Positions 41,414-52,379 of a stretch of DNA of 64,000 nucleotides are shown in pieces. Each line of letters starts with the position of its first letter. The stretch's first letter is position 1. Origin of the DNA: Longimicrobiales bacterium (GTDB lineage Bacteria > Gemmatimonadota > Gemmatimonadetes > Longimicrobiales > Gaopeijiaceae); the NCBI GenBank assembly GCA_965197725.1, contig CBDANQ010000061.1:64001-128000 (forward strand), given 5' to 3'. The position numbers and the translations under genes are program-made. The notes below the pieces were generated by a model. That model did no database searches. It saw only the letters and a program-made list of their open reading frames with translations, and had not been told where the DNA came from.

Positions 41414-41738
41414 TCATCGTTAGTTAGGCCGTGTGGTCGGACAACTGAACCGCGTGCTCCACTCTGAGCTAGCCTCCGCGTGGGAAGAGTTTCGGAACAG
41501 GACGGAATTTTGGCGGAGCGGTAGCACGATTTAGGGGGGGCCGGGGCACGGGGGTTGACCACCAGACAACAGCGCGAGGCTCCGCCGCGCCGCTCTTGCG
41601 GAGCGAACTGCTCAACTGATCGCTAACGAGGTGGTGTGTGGCGACGGGTGACTCATGGATGACTGGCGGACCAACAGGCATCCAAAGAGAAAACCCCACA
41701 ACCACATAAGTGATTGCAGGGCTTTATCTTCCATACAA

Positions 41739-41782
41739 TCGGGGCGCCCGGATTCGAACCGGGGACCCCCTGCTCCCAAAGC
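41739..41782 (-). pseudogene. 3' half of tRNA-Pro(TGG), att-site remnant
   Basis: GCTTTGGGAGCAGGGGGTCCCCGGTTCGAATCCGGGCGCCCCGA: anticodon loop to acceptor strand only; no D-arm or 5' strand upstream. Confidence 0.8.
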
Positions 41783-42201
41783 CTGGTCCAGGGAAGCCCA
41801 CTTACGGAGAAAATCCGTATCTAGGCGGGTTCATACGGATCAGCGATCCTCGTCACGCGGCCAATACGGACCTGATCCGTATCTCAACTTGCACAGTTAC
41901 TTACACAGCCCTCCCAAGGGCATCCCCAGCGCGAACATGCCGCTCACGATTGTCACGCGCACTAGTTAGGAGACCGCCACGGGGGCTTTTAAGTCCGGGC
42001 ACCCCCTCTGACTCAGGTACACCCATGCACAAAGAACCGAAGAACCGCAACGGTTTCTTGGTTCACGACTCTGGTCCTATGTGACTGCGTGTATCTGGGT
42101 CACTGCGCAATCGCTTCACAATTGCGGTCGCACTTCGGGCTAGATACCGCCGACGGTCACCACGCCGTCCACGAAGACGCGCAGCCAGGGGATCGGAGCC
42201 T

Positions 42202-44591
42202 TCAATTGGGCACCAGACGCTTCAGTTCCTCGAAGAAGTTCTGGACGAGGATGTACTCGACCTCAGCCTGGGTATCACCTACAGCAGGACGTGCCATCAG
42301 GAACCGCTCGCCGTCTGAACTGACGTCGTAGGAGTTGGTGCCCGATACCATCCGATATCCCGCCGGTACGGTGAACAGCATCTCCTTCGCCACCACCAGA
42401 CCAGAGGCCGGATCGAACTGGGCGGCCATGAACCCACGGTCCGGGCTCATGAAGAATAGCTCACGTCCACTCTTCGCCCAGACCGGCACGATGCCTCCAT
42501 CAGTCGAAACGCGCACTCTGGTCGAGTCCACGTTGGGAAACGGACGAACGAATACCTCGGCGCGGCCCGTTTCGGTGGTGCTGTAAGCAAGCCAGAGACC
42601 ATTCGGCGAGATTGCAGTTCCACCCTCACGGAACGCCGGTGACGCCACGAGGGGTACGGCGACGCTGTCCACGCCCGGACGGAAACCCAGGATATCGCGC
42701 TCAGCCCTCTCCGCGCTTCTGTCTGCTGAACGGAGCACCAGCGACTCGCCATCCGGACTCCAAGACCCCTGGGCGAAGCTGCGGTCGTCATCGAGTACGA
42801 GTACTGGCTCTCCCGTCCCATCTGCGCGCATGGACCACACGCTCAAGTGTTCGTCGCGGCGGGGACCCGAAAAATACGTCACGCTTTGCCCATCGAGCGT
42901 CCAGAATGGACTGTACTCGGGGTCGGGGTCGTCCGAGAACGTGATCCTCTCCTCCGGTCCGTCGGGGAGGTGCTTGATCCGCACGTCGGTGTTGCCATCG
43001 ACAGTGCTGGCGAACGCGACCCGCGTCTCGTCCGGCGAGAGCCTCCAACCGGCGCTTTCGCCCGGCGTGAAGGTGTACCCCGGATCAACAGGCGTAGCCT
43101 GGCCAGAGCGTGTGACCCACACGAACTCCGACTGACCCCCACCACCGGCACCGGCCAGATACACGAGCGCCCCTGTCGGCGACAAACTGTATATCGGGTA
43201 TCGGCCGCGGGTCACGAAGACGCCCTCGACGAGCGGAACTGCCGCACCCGTGAGCTCCATGTGCTCGGCATCGAACGGAGCCGCGAGGATCTGGCCGTCC
43301 AGGGAGCCGAAGATCAGGTGTCCCGTGGGCGTCACGTAAGACCTCATCCCCGGCGTCAGCACCGAGTGGAGCGACCTTCAACTGTCCGTCCGCAACAAAC
43401 GCCACTTCGTCGCCCGTGGGCGAGATGACAGGCTGACCGATATTCGCTCCCTCGGTACCCGGAACAGGTGTGGGGGTCAGGTTCTCCCAACGACGCAGCC
43501 ACACCTGCTGTTGGCCGCCCGCGTTTGCGCTACGGAACACGACCGCCGAGCCGTCGGGAGCGACGCCCGGTGTCCCACCGCCTTCGAGTTCCAGCGAGAA
43601 CCGCTGTACCGGGGGGGGAGGCTCGGGGCGAAGGAGCGCCCAACCGCGCGCCAGCGTGGAGAACGCGGCGAATCCCGCCAAGCCGATACTCAGCCGGTTC
43701 CACGGTCCCCCGCCGCCTGCGACACCAGCCACCGCCTCTTCCCCATGCCTGAACCCCGGATCAGCCAGCGCCTTAGCGAAGTCCTGAGCCCCTGTGAACC
43801 GATCCGCAGGCAACTTCTCCAGCGCCTTCCTGATCGCAGCATCGACGTTGCGGGGAACCGACGCCCGCTCCCCAGTGGCAGACGCGAGCTCGCCCGCGAT
43901 GATCTTGCCCAGAATCGCCTGTGCCGTGCTTCCGGTGTACGGCGGCTCGCCGACCAGCATCTCGTACAGCACGCAACCGAGAGCGTAAGTGTCCGTGGCT
44001 GGACCCACTGTCTGGTCGCCCGTCGCCTGCTCGGGGCTCATGTAGTGGGGCGTGCCGAGGCTGAGTCCGGTTTCGGTAAGGCGACCTCCACCAGCAACGC
44101 CGACCGCCAACGCGATGCCAAAGTCGGAGATCACAGGCTTTCCCTCTTGCAGAAGGAAGAAGGTTCGCAGGCTTGATGTCGCGATGGACGACGCCCTGGC
44201 GGTGGGCATAGTCGAGGGCCTCAGCGACGTTCGCGGCGATACGCAACGCCTCGTCCACGGGAAGCTGATGTTCGCGGTCGAGCCTCTGCCGAAGGCTCTC
44301 TCCCTCTACATGCGGCATGACGTAGAACAGGAAGCCGTCGGCCTCACCCGAGTCGTGCAGCGGCAGAATGTGGGGGTGACTCAGGTTCGCCGTGGTCTTG
44401 ATCTCGGCCAGGAAACGGTCGGCTCCGACGACGGCTGCGAGTTCGGGCTTCAGGACCTTGAGCGCGACTTTGCGCTCGTGCTTGATGTCGTCGGCCAGGT
44501 AGACTGTCGCCATCCCGCCCTCACCGAGTTAGGACTCGATGCGGTAGCGGCCGGAGAGGGCTGCGTTTAGGCTGGTGATGGCTTCGCTCAT
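42202..44591 (-). pseudogene. Hanks-type Ser/Thr kinase with TM segment and TolB/PD40-like propeller, inactivated
   Basis: YRIES*LGEGGMATVYLA (TAA 44529-44531), HRDIKPAN then frameshift near 44160 to DFGIA..GTPHYMSPEQ, second frame change near 43360 in the propeller. Confidence 0.88.
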
Positions 44592-44883
44592 GCGCTCAAG
44601 ATGATGTGCAGGTCAGCAGAGCGCGAGCCGATCCCGCTACAGCAACACCAACGGGCCGCTTCTTCACCCGGACTTGGTGTTCAGAGTTGCACAAGGATGA
44701 ACCGTCCTTGGTAACTGCCGCGGGGGATGATGAATCCCCTGCCCCGCCTAGAACCCGCATGAAGCTGACCCAGCCGTAGTTGAAGGTCCCTGAAGAGGGT
44801 AAAGAAGAGTGGTGGCTCCGAGGGTGCCATCAGCAGTTGAAGAAACGAGACATTCCGAGCGATTCAGAAACGCCCAGCTCTAA

Positions 44884-44920
44884 GCCAAAGACCGGTGTTC
44901 TGCCATTAGGCGACGGGCCA
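44884..44920 (-). repeat. 5' half of tRNA-Gln (displaced att copy)
   Basis: TGGCCCGTCGCCTAATGGCAGAACACCGGTCTTTGGC, 35/37 identical to 22373-22409, ending at the anticodon loop. Confidence 0.9.
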
Positions 44921-44972
44921 GCGTGGCACATCCTACCCACGGCGGGGGGGGGGCGGCTCAAGGTCCCCCGGA

Positions 44973-45857
44973 TCACAGAGGTGAGACCGGAGGCAGTTCG
45001 TCCAGCGTACGGGTCGCCAGCACCCTCCACCCGAGCTCGTCGGAGAGGCGTTGCGCCGTCGACAACGCCTCCGAGGCGCCCCTCGCGAGCCCGAAGCACG
45101 CACCGCCGCTGCCCGAGAGCATGACCAACCGCAGACCAGCGTCTCGCAGAAAATCCAGGGCTCGCCGCACCTCCGGATGTCCGTCCGCGACCAGCGACTC
45201 GAAGTCGTTGGCGGCGATCTCATCGACCGTGTCCCAGTCCGACGGCATGCGCTCCAGCCGCGGGCGTGCCTGCAGGCCCGTCGATGCGCGACGCTCTGCC
45301 AGGGCGGCATAAGCGGACCCTGTCGCGACGTGTACAGGTGGGCAGACGAGCACGACTTCCCTCACCGGAAGTGATGGAGAGGAGGTGAGGTCGTCGCCCC
45401 GACCCCGAGCCAGGGCCAGGGCGCTGCCGCACAGAAAAAACGGGACGTCAGAACCCAGGTCCGCACCGATCGCGAGCAGCGCCTCAGCGGTGACCGCTCC
45501 ATCTGTGAGGTGGTTCAGCGCTCGCAGAACCGCGGCAGCGTCGGAAGATCCCCCACCCAGACCCGCGCCGGTCGGAATGTTCTTGGTGAGAAGGATGCGG
45601 ACCCCGGAGTGCAAGTCAGCCGCGAGGCGATAGGCCTCGGCTGCCCGGAACGCGAGGTTGTGCGTCACCGGCCCCGCGTCGGTGCCCGCGACGTCCAGCC
45701 GCACCGAGTCACCAGCCAGTTCGACAGTCAGCTCATCCGTGAAGTGAATCGCCTGAAAGAGCGTCTCGAGTTCGTGAAAGCCATCCGCTCTGAGCCCGAG
45801 TACACGGAGCAGGAGGTTGATCTTGGCCGGAGCACGCACTCTGACCGCCTGTCTCAC
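44973..45857 (-). CDS. ispE: 4-diphosphocytidyl-2-C-methyl-D-erythritol kinase
   Basis: APAKINL, GFHELETLFQ, KNIPTGAGLGGGSSDAA, GSDVPFF, LSGSG; GTG start overlaps upstream stop. Confidence 0.95.
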   Translation of the reverse strand: MRQAVRVRAPAKINLLLRVLGLRADGFHELETLFQAIHFTDELTVELAGDSVRLDVAGTDAGPVTHNLAFRAAEAYRLAADLHSGVRILLTKNIPTGAGLGGGSSDAAAVLRALNHLTDGAVTAEALLAIGADLGSDVPFFLCGSALALARGRGDDLTSSPSLPVREVVLVCPPVHVATGSAYAALAERRASTGLQARPRLERMPSDWDTVDEIAANDFESLVADGHPEVRRALDFLRDAGLRLVMLSGSGGACFGLARGASEALSTAQRLSDELGWRVLATRTLDELPPVSPL

Positions 45858-46861
45858 GAGGCTTTGGCGGTGCGCACCTCGCCGAGCGACAGCCCCATCT
45901 TCCAGGCGTAGTAGAAGCCGATCAGCGTGATCGGGAGCCAGCCACCGAAATGGTACCCGAACGCGAAGGCCAAGGACTGGTCGACACTCACGCCGTAGAT
46001 CGCGATCAGAGCGAAGCTGGCCGCATAGTGGAACGTGCCGAAGAACCCCGGCGCCGACGGCAGTGCGACCCCCCAACCGACCGCTGCGGTGACGAAGATG
46101 GCGGATACGAATCCGGTATCGATGCCGAACGCCAGCATGCCCAGCCAGAACGACGACGCGTGCCAGATCCAGAAGAAGAGCGTCCATGCGAGCGCCAGCG
46201 CCAGCAGCTTCGGGTCACGCATGATCGCAAGGGAGTCGAGGAACGAAGCGAGCGACTCCACGAGCTGCACAGAGAGCTTCTTTGGCAAGAAGGCTGCGAA
46301 CCACTCGACGAACTGGACAAACTGTCGTGGCAGCACGGCCATGCACACGAGCGCGAAGAGTACCAAAGAGACCGTCACCAGCCCGCCGCGCAGAAGCAGC
46401 GCGCCCCGTTCCCCCGAAAACGCCTCCGCAGCCGGGGAGCCGGGCAGGACGACGGGCAAGACCAGGAAGAGCAGCAGCACCATGCCGTCGAGGAATCGCT
46501 CGACGACCAACGAGCCGAACGCGGCACTGAAGGTAACCGGCTCAAGACGGCTCAGCGCGTACGGCCGCATGAACTCTCCGGCCCTCAGAGGCAGAACGTT
46601 GTTGCCCATGAATCCGATGGAAACCGCCGCGAACCTCGAGCCAAGCCGCGTATCAGGGTTGACGCGAGCCAGCAGAACCCTCCACCGGAGTGCGCGGATG
46701 AAGAACCCAAAAGTCGCCACGCTGACCGCTGCGAGCAGTAGGACGAAGTCGCCCTGCAGGATGTTCGTCCAGACCTCGGAGGGGTCCTCGTTGCGCAGGA
46801 CCCACCACAGCAGAAAGACGGTGACCGCTACCCCGAAGAGAGCCTTTTCCCAGTGCTTCAC
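45854..46861 (-). CDS. Lysylphosphatidylglycerol synthase TM / flippase-like (UPF0104) membrane protein
   Basis: [42 protein letters not shown]. Confidence 0.88.
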   Translation of the reverse strand: MKHWEKALFGVAVTVFLLWWVLRNEDPSEVWTNILQGDFVLLLAAVSVATFGFFIRALRWRVLLARVNPDTRLGSRFAAVSIGFMGNNVLPLRAGEFMRPYALSRLEPVTFSAAFGSLVVERFLDGMVLLLFLVLPVVLPGSPAAEAFSGERGALLLRGGLVTVSLVLFALVCMAVLPRQFVQFVEWFAAFLPKKLSVQLVESLASFLDSLAIMRDPKLLALALAWTLFFWIWHASSFWLGMLAFGIDTGFVSAIFVTAAVGWGVALPSAPGFFGTFHYAASFALIAIYGVSVDQSLAFAFGYHFGGWLPITLIGFYYAWKMGLSLGEVRTAKAS

Positions 46862-47592
46862 GCTCGAAGCCGTCGAGCCCGACGTAGGATCCTGGACATG
46901 TCCTTTACGGCGCGCTCCATGCCGGTGAGCACCGCCCGCGCGATCACGCTGTGACCGATGTTCAGCTCTTCGATCTCCGGTATGGCCGCGACGGGGTGCA
47001 CGTTCTCGTACGTGAGCCCGTGACCGGCATGTACCGCCAGTTCGAGCTTGCTCGCGAGCGACGCCCCGCGATCCAACCGCTCGAGCTCGTGCATGCGCTG
47101 GGCGCCCCGTGCGTTCGCGTATTCGCCGGTGTGCAGCTCGATCGCGTCCGCCCCCAGTTCCAGAGCGGCCTGGATCGCCTCAGGTGTGGGATCGATGAAG
47201 AGTGAGGTTCGGATGCCCGCTCCTTCGAGGCGCGCGAGCGCATCACCAACGACCTCGAGCTGTCTCCCACTGCTCAGGTCGAGTCCCCCCTCGGTCGTGA
47301 GCTCCTCCCGCTTCTCGGGCACGAGCGTCGCCTGCAACGGGCGCCATTCACACGCGAGGTCGAGGATCTCCGAGGTGGCCGCGAGCTCCAAGTTTACGCC
47401 GGTGCGCACCGTATCCATGAGCAGCCGCACGTCGCGGTCCTGGATGTGCCTTCGGTCCTCACGGAGGTGCACCGTGATTCCATCCACACCCGCCAACTCC
47501 GCAAGCACGGCGGCCCGGACGGGATCGGGCTCGTCGGTACCGCGCGCCTGCCGCACCGTAGCCACGTGATCGATATTGAGGTAGAAACGCAT
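46858..47592 (-). CDS. pdxJ: Pyridoxine 5'-phosphate synthase
   Basis: [40 protein letters not shown]. Confidence 0.97.
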   Translation of the reverse strand: MRFYLNIDHVATVRQARGTDEPDPVRAAVLAELAGVDGITVHLREDRRHIQDRDVRLLMDTVRTGVNLELAATSEILDLACEWRPLQATLVPEKREELTTEGGLDLSSGRQLEVVGDALARLEGAGIRTSLFIDPTPEAIQAALELGADAIELHTGEYANARGAQRMHELERLDRGASLASKLELAVHAGHGLTYENVHPVAAIPEIEELNIGHSVIARAVLTGMERAVKDMSRILRRARRLRA

Positions 47593-47641
47593 TTCTGTCA
47601 GTCGGTTGGGGACTACGCTCTTCGACGAGCTCGCGAAGACG

Positions 47642-48949
47642 TCACGATGCTGGCGCAGGTTCCACGTGCACGCCCTCGCGGCTCCGGAGCCGGCCCAGGA
47701 GTGGCGCCGGGATCCGTGCTATAATGAGCACATCCCTGTTCTCATCCGCGCGGTCGATGATCTCGGACTCGCGGTAGATAGCCGCGATCGCCTGTCCGTC
47801 CTCGACGGGCACGCGGACCACGACCTCCTCCAGTCGAGCGCGGATGCGCGCGATGAGTGTCTCCTTCAAGGCGCCCAGCGTGGCGTCGACGTGGGCGGAG
47901 ACGAAGACCGCCGGCGTCGGCTCCAGCGCGCGGATCCGAGCACGCAACGCCTCCTCCTCCGCATGCGTGATCCTGTCGACCTTGTTGAAGACCAGAATCT
48001 TGTCGTGAGTCGTGAGATCGAGGTCCGCGAGGACGTCGTTCACCACTTGCCGTTGTTCCTCCCAGGCAGCGTGTGAAGCATCGATCACGTGCAGCAGTAC
48101 ATCCCCCTCGCGTGCCTCCTCAAGCGTCGAACGAAACGACGCGACTAGATGGTGGGGAAGCTTTCGGATGAACCCGACGGTGTCCGTGAGCAGAGCCTCA
48201 TGGCCCGCTCCCAACTCGACCTTGCGTGTCGCCGAGTCGAGCGTCGCAAAGAGACGATCCTCGATGAACAGTTCGGCCCCCGAGAGCGCGCGCAACAAGG
48301 ACGACTTGCCCGCGTTGGTGTAGCCGACCAGAGCGGCCCGGAAGCTGCCCTCGCGAGACTTGCGCTGCATCTCCCGCGCCTTGGCCACTTGGCGCAGTTT
48401 GCCCTTCAGGTCGACGATCCGCTTGCCGATCAGTCGGCGGTCCGTCTCGAGCTGGGTCTCGCCCGGCCCCCGCAGGCCGATGCCACCACGGATGCGAGAG
48501 AGGTGGCGCCACATGCGGCGGAGTCGCGGAAGAAGGTACTCGAGTTGCGCGAGCTCGACCTGCATGCGCGCCTCCTTCGATCGTGCGCGCGTCGCGAAGA
48601 TGTCTAGGATCAGCTCTGAGCGATCCATCACGCGCACGTCCAGAAGTGCCTCGAGGTTCTTTCCCTGGGCAGGGCTGAGCTCGTCGTCGAAGATCACGAG
48701 ATCGCCCTCTCTCTCGGTCACGAGCGATTTGAGCTCGTCCGCTTTGCCCTTCCCCACGTAGAAGCGCGGATTTGGCTTGGAAATCCGCTGGGTGAGGGCG
48801 CCGACCACCTCGCCGCCCGCCGTATCCGTCAAACGCGCCAACTCTCCGAGGTGTTCCTCTACGAGACACGTTTCGAGCTCGCCCTGCGGCGCGCCAACGA
48901 GCACCGCGCGCTCGACCGGCGTGCGCATGTCGATGAGCTGAGTCGGAAT
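47642..48949 (-). CDS. hflX: Ribosome-associated GTPase HflX (probable ATT start at 48949; first ATG at 48928)
   Basis: [51 protein letters not shown]. Confidence 0.96.
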   Translation of the reverse strand: MPTQLIDMRTPVERAVLVGAPQGELETCLVEEHLGELARLTDTAGGEVVGALTQRISKPNPRFYVGKGKADELKSLVTEREGDLVIFDDELSPAQGKNLEALLDVRVMDRSELILDIFATRARSKEARMQVELAQLEYLLPRLRRMWRHLSRIRGGIGLRGPGETQLETDRRLIGKRIVDLKGKLRQVAKAREMQRKSREGSFRAALVGYTNAGKSSLLRALSGAELFIEDRLFATLDSATRKVELGAGHEALLTDTVGFIRKLPHHLVASFRSTLEEAREGDVLLHVIDASHAAWEEQRQVVNDVLADLDLTTHDKILVFNKVDRITHAEEEALRARIRALEPTPAVFVSAHVDATLGALKETLIARIRARLEEVVVRVPVEDGQAIAAIYRESEIIDRADENRDVLIIARIPAPLLGRLRSREGVHVEPAPAS

Positions 48950-49082
48950 CCTGCCACCTCCGCGCGCCTGCGGCCGTTCATCCGCGAATTCTTGACATCC
49001 CTAGCACGGCCTCGGTACCTGAATGAGAAGGATACTCAACCGGTGCGGCGGTAAGAAGCGCCCCAGATCGTCAGCCGGCTCC

Positions 49083-50450
49083 TTAGTCCTCCGCGCCGGA
49101 CTCGACGCGCCGCTCCGCCCACCATTTGAGTCGCTCCGCGACAGTCTTTTCGAAGCCGAATCGGCTCGGCGTGTAGAACGCCTCCCCGGCGAGGCGGTCG
49201 GGCAAGTATGCCTGTGGGGCGACTCCGTCCTGTTCCGCGTGGTCGTACCTGTAGCCCTCGCCGTAAGCCAGCTCCCTCATCAGATCCGTCGGGGCGTTGC
49301 GGATGTGCAGCGGGACTCCCTCGCCCGGAGTTTCGCGCGCGCGCTCGAGGGCAGCCGACCACGCCTCGTACGCCCGGTTCGACTTAGGCGCGGTCGCGAG
49401 GTAGATCGTGGCTTCGGCCAGTGCCAATTCGCCCTCCGGAGACCCCAGGAAGTGGTATGCGTCCCGCGCCGCGACCGTTACCTGGAGCGCTGCCGGATCC
49501 GCCATTCCGACATCCTCCGAAGCCATGCGCACCAATCTCCGCGCGATGTAGAGCGGGTCTTCTCCACCGTCGATCATGCGGGCCAGCCAATAGAGGGCCC
49601 CATCGGGGTCACTTCCCCGGACCGCCTTGTGAAGCGCCGACACGAGGTTGAAGTGCTCCTCGCCGCCTTTGTCGTAGGTGGCGAAGCGGTGCTGGAGCGC
49701 TTCTCGGGCTGCCGCCACGGCGACGGTGCCGTCGGGGCCCACGACATGCGCCGCCGCCTCAGCGGCGCCCAACGCCCGACGTGCGTCCCCATCGGAGGCC
49801 TCCGCGATGAAGACCAGCGCGTCGTCCTCGAAACGCACGCCCCCCTCACCGAGCCCCCTCGCCTCAGACGTGACCGCATCGTGGAGTATCGCCCGCAGCT
49901 CTTCCGACGAGAGCGGGTTCAGAACGTACACCGGCGCCCGCGAGAGCAAGGGTCGGACGATCTCGAAGGAAGGGTTCTCCGTGGTCGCGCCGATCAGGAT
50001 TACGGTGCCGGCTTCCACATGTGGCAAGAAGGCGTCCTGCTGTGCTTTGTTGAAGCGGTGGATCTCGTCACAAAAGAGGATCGTTCGACGCCCAGTTGCC
50101 TGAAGTCGAGTGCCCGCCTGCTCTATGATCTCGCGCACTCGGGCGATCCCCTCGCTCACAGCGCTCAACGGTACGAAGGTGACATTGGCCTCGGCGGCAA
50201 TCAGGCGGGCGAGCGTCGTCTTTCCGCTACCGGGCGGTCCCCAGAGGATCATGCTCTTCGGCGAGCCCTGGTCCAGCATCGCGCGGATTGCCCGACCCTC
50301 ACCCAGCAGATGCTCCTGACCCCTGAACTCCGACAGGGTTCTGGGCCGCATGCGGGCGGCGAGTGGGGCGTTCATGTGCGGTCCCGATTCGTGCTCTGCG
50401 TCGACCGCACGTCCGCTCTCGTCCGCGGGAAAGAGGTCCAGATCAGCCAT
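49083..50450 (-). CDS. rarA: Replication-associated recombination protein A
   Basis: PLAARMRP, WGPPGSGKTT, DEIHRFNKAQQD, SALHKAVRGSD, PKSN. Confidence 0.95.
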   Translation of the reverse strand: MADLDLFPADESGRAVDAEHESGPHMNAPLAARMRPRTLSEFRGQEHLLGEGRAIRAMLDQGSPKSMILWGPPGSGKTTLARLIAAEANVTFVPLSAVSEGIARVREIIEQAGTRLQATGRRTILFCDEIHRFNKAQQDAFLPHVEAGTVILIGATTENPSFEIVRPLLSRAPVYVLNPLSSEELRAILHDAVTSEARGLGEGGVRFEDDALVFIAEASDGDARRALGAAEAAAHVVGPDGTVAVAAAREALQHRFATYDKGGEEHFNLVSALHKAVRGSDPDGALYWLARMIDGGEDPLYIARRLVRMASEDVGMADPAALQVTVAARDAYHFLGSPEGELALAEATIYLATAPKSNRAYEAWSAALERARETPGEGVPLHIRNAPTDLMRELAYGEGYRYDHAEQDGVAPQAYLPDRLAGEAFYTPSRFGFEKTVAERLKWWAERRVESGAED

Positions 50451-51738
50451 CGCCGCTCTCTGCGAGGTCCCCGACGCGGCTCTCGAGCACCTCGGTTCGA
50501 TTGCGAGTGGGATCCGCGAGCACGAAATCAAGCAGATCATCTAGGATCCGGCCGAAGTTGGGTCCCGGCTGCAGTCCCATGCGGATCAAGTCGCGCCCAT
50601 CGAATGCCAGCTCCGCCACAGACAGCGCGGGTCCGGTGGCGAGCACTGCGCGAGCACGCCGCCAGGCTGCGACGACCGCGTCACACGTGTCGTCATGCCC
50701 CGCCTGATGTCTCGCCCGCGCCCGCGCCAGACCCAATCTCGCGACCGCCGCGAGCCGAGTCGACCCCGTGGCGCTCAGCCAGCGCCGAAACGCCTCGTCG
50801 TCGGCCTCGGCGGAAGGCATTTCAGTGCATTCGGCTCGCCGCGCGACCTCGTCAACCTGAGCATTGGAGAGCCGGAGCCGTGTCAAGACCCGCGCTACCG
50901 CTGATGGATCGAGTCCCCACAGGAGCTGGGCGAGCCGCAGGTAGGGCCGGCCCGGTGGGAGCTGGTCGACGCTGGCCAACTTCTCGGACCACGGATCGCC
51001 GGCGGCGAGGGACGCCCGCAACTCGGAGAGCTCCGGGTACAAGACCGACAGAGCGCCAGACTCGGCGTACAGCATGAGCGCACCGGAGGGCTTACGATCT
51101 GCCGAAAGGACCTTCACCAACTCCTCTCGGATTCGTTCTGCGGCGAGCGATGGCAAGTGACGCACGGACTCACACAGGGCGGACCACGTCTCCTCCTCGA
51201 TCTTCAAAGCGAAGCGTCCGGCGAAGCGGAAGGCCCGGAGAACCCGCAGGTAATCCTCCGCCAACCGGTCAGCCGCGACACCGACGGTCCGCAGGACGCC
51301 GGCCTCGAGGTCTTCGATGCCCCGAAAGGGGTCTCGCAACTCTTCGCGGAGCGGATGCCACGCGATGGCGTTGATCGTGAAGTCTCGGCGGGCAAGGTCG
51401 TCCTCGACCCGGTCCGCGAAGGCGACGACGGCGTGTCGACCGTCCGTCTCGACATCCTTCCGGAAGGTGGTGACCTCCAACATGGTGCCGTCCCGCGCCA
51501 GCACCCCCACGGTGCCGTGCACGATTCCGATCGGCACGGTCCGCCGGAAGAGCTCTTGAAGCTGGTCGGGACGCGCCCGCGTCGTCAGGTCCCAGTCGCC
51601 GGACGGACGCCCCATGAGCGCGTCGCGCACCGCACCCCCGACAGCCCACGTGTCGTGCCCCGCTTCTTCCAGCGTGCGGGTGATCCAACTGACCGCCGGC
51701 GGCGCTGAGGTCCCTTTGAGGTCGATCAGGTCGTTCAT
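50443..51738 (-). CDS. CCA tRNA nucleotidyltransferase / poly(A) polymerase family
   Basis: VGGAVRD, DWDL, EVTTFR, DLARRDFTINA, EDYLRVLRAFRF, ERIREE. Confidence 0.92.
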   Translation of the reverse strand: MNDLIDLKGTSAPPAVSWITRTLEEAGHDTWAVGGAVRDALMGRPSGDWDLTTRARPDQLQELFRRTVPIGIVHGTVGVLARDGTMLEVTTFRKDVETDGRHAVVAFADRVEDDLARRDFTINAIAWHPLREELRDPFRGIEDLEAGVLRTVGVAADRLAEDYLRVLRAFRFAGRFALKIEEETWSALCESVRHLPSLAAERIREELVKVLSADRKPSGALMLYAESGALSVLYPELSELRASLAAGDPWSEKLASVDQLPPGRPYLRLAQLLWGLDPSAVARVLTRLRLSNAQVDEVARRAECTEMPSAEADDEAFRRWLSATGSTRLAAVARLGLARARARHQAGHDDTCDAVVAAWRRARAVLATGPALSVAELAFDGRDLIRMGLQPGPNFGRILDDLLDFVLADPTRNRTEVLESRVGDLAESGDG

Positions 51739-51794
51739 CCGCCTCCAACCTTCGTGTACTCGTAAACGCCTCGCGCGAGCGCGGGCGCGTCGGA

Positions 51795-52379
51795 TCAGTC
51801 GCTTGTCGAAACCGCCGAATCGACGATCTCACACACGATGTGTTCGATTGCGAGGTGCAGTTCCTGGGCCCGTGCGGTGGACTCGGTGGGCACGACGAGC
51901 GGGAGGTCAACGAGCTTCCGCAGTCGTCCCCCCCCCTTGGCGAGCAGGGCCGCCGTGAAGATCCGGAGCCGGCCCGCCGCCTCCGTCGCGGCGAGCAGGT
52001 TGTCGGACTCTCCACTGGTCGAGTGCAGGATCAACAGGTCCCCGGCCCTCCCGAGCGCTTCGACCTGGCGAGAGAAGATCGTGTCGTATCCGTAGTCATT
52101 CCCACCGGCAGTCAGCACCGACGTGTCCGTAGTGAGCGCAAGCGCCGCGAGCGCACGACGCTCTCGGGAGAAGCGCACGACGTACTCCGCGGCAAGGTGT
52201 TGCGCATCCGCCGCGGAGCCGCCGTTCCCGCAGAACATGACCTTGCCTCCGGCGAGGATCGTCTCCAGAACCCGGTCGGCGAGCGCCTGGATCTCGCCGG
52301 CCATCGAGTCCGACACCTCCTGGCTCAAGGCCGACAGCGCGCTCAGATGCCCGTGGATCACCGCATCGGGGATGCTCAA
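51795..52379 (-). CDS. gmhA: Phosphoheptose isomerase (SIS domain)
   Basis: CGNGGSAADAQH, NDYGY, STSGES, ARAQELH; start uncertain (TTG overlapping the upstream stop assumed). Confidence 0.92.
   Translation of the reverse strand: MSIPDAVIHGHLSALSALSQEVSDSMAGEIQALADRVLETILAGGKVMFCGNGGSAADAQHLAAEYVVRFSRERRALAALALTTDTSVLTAGGNDYGYDTIFSRQVEALGRAGDLLILHSTSGESDNLLAATEAAGRLRIFTAALLAKGGGRLRKLVDLPLVVPTESTARAQELHLAIEHIVCEIVDSAVSTSD

Larger units (their letters stand above)
22373..44920. mobile_element. Decaying genomic island integrated in tRNA-Gln
   Basis: 37-bp direct repeat (22373-22409 vs 44884-44920, 2 mismatches), adjacent integrase remnant, IS elements, pseudogenes; interrupts ispE-tRNA-Gln-prs synteny. 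Confidence 0.88.

Noticed and set aside
44600..44880. Small hairpins (CAAGGA..TCCTTG, GGGGA..TCCCC) as a possible ncRNA
   Set aside because: Short stems with no recognisable family; cannot be separated from chance or att-flank sequence
45858..46187. N-terminal extension of ispE in the ORF track
   Set aside because: Overlaps the upstream membrane gene; homology begins at the GTG at 45857
49023..51077. 684-aa plus-strand ORF
   Set aside because: Antisense shadow of rarA and the nucleotidyltransferase gene; Arg/Pro-rich with no recognisable motifs
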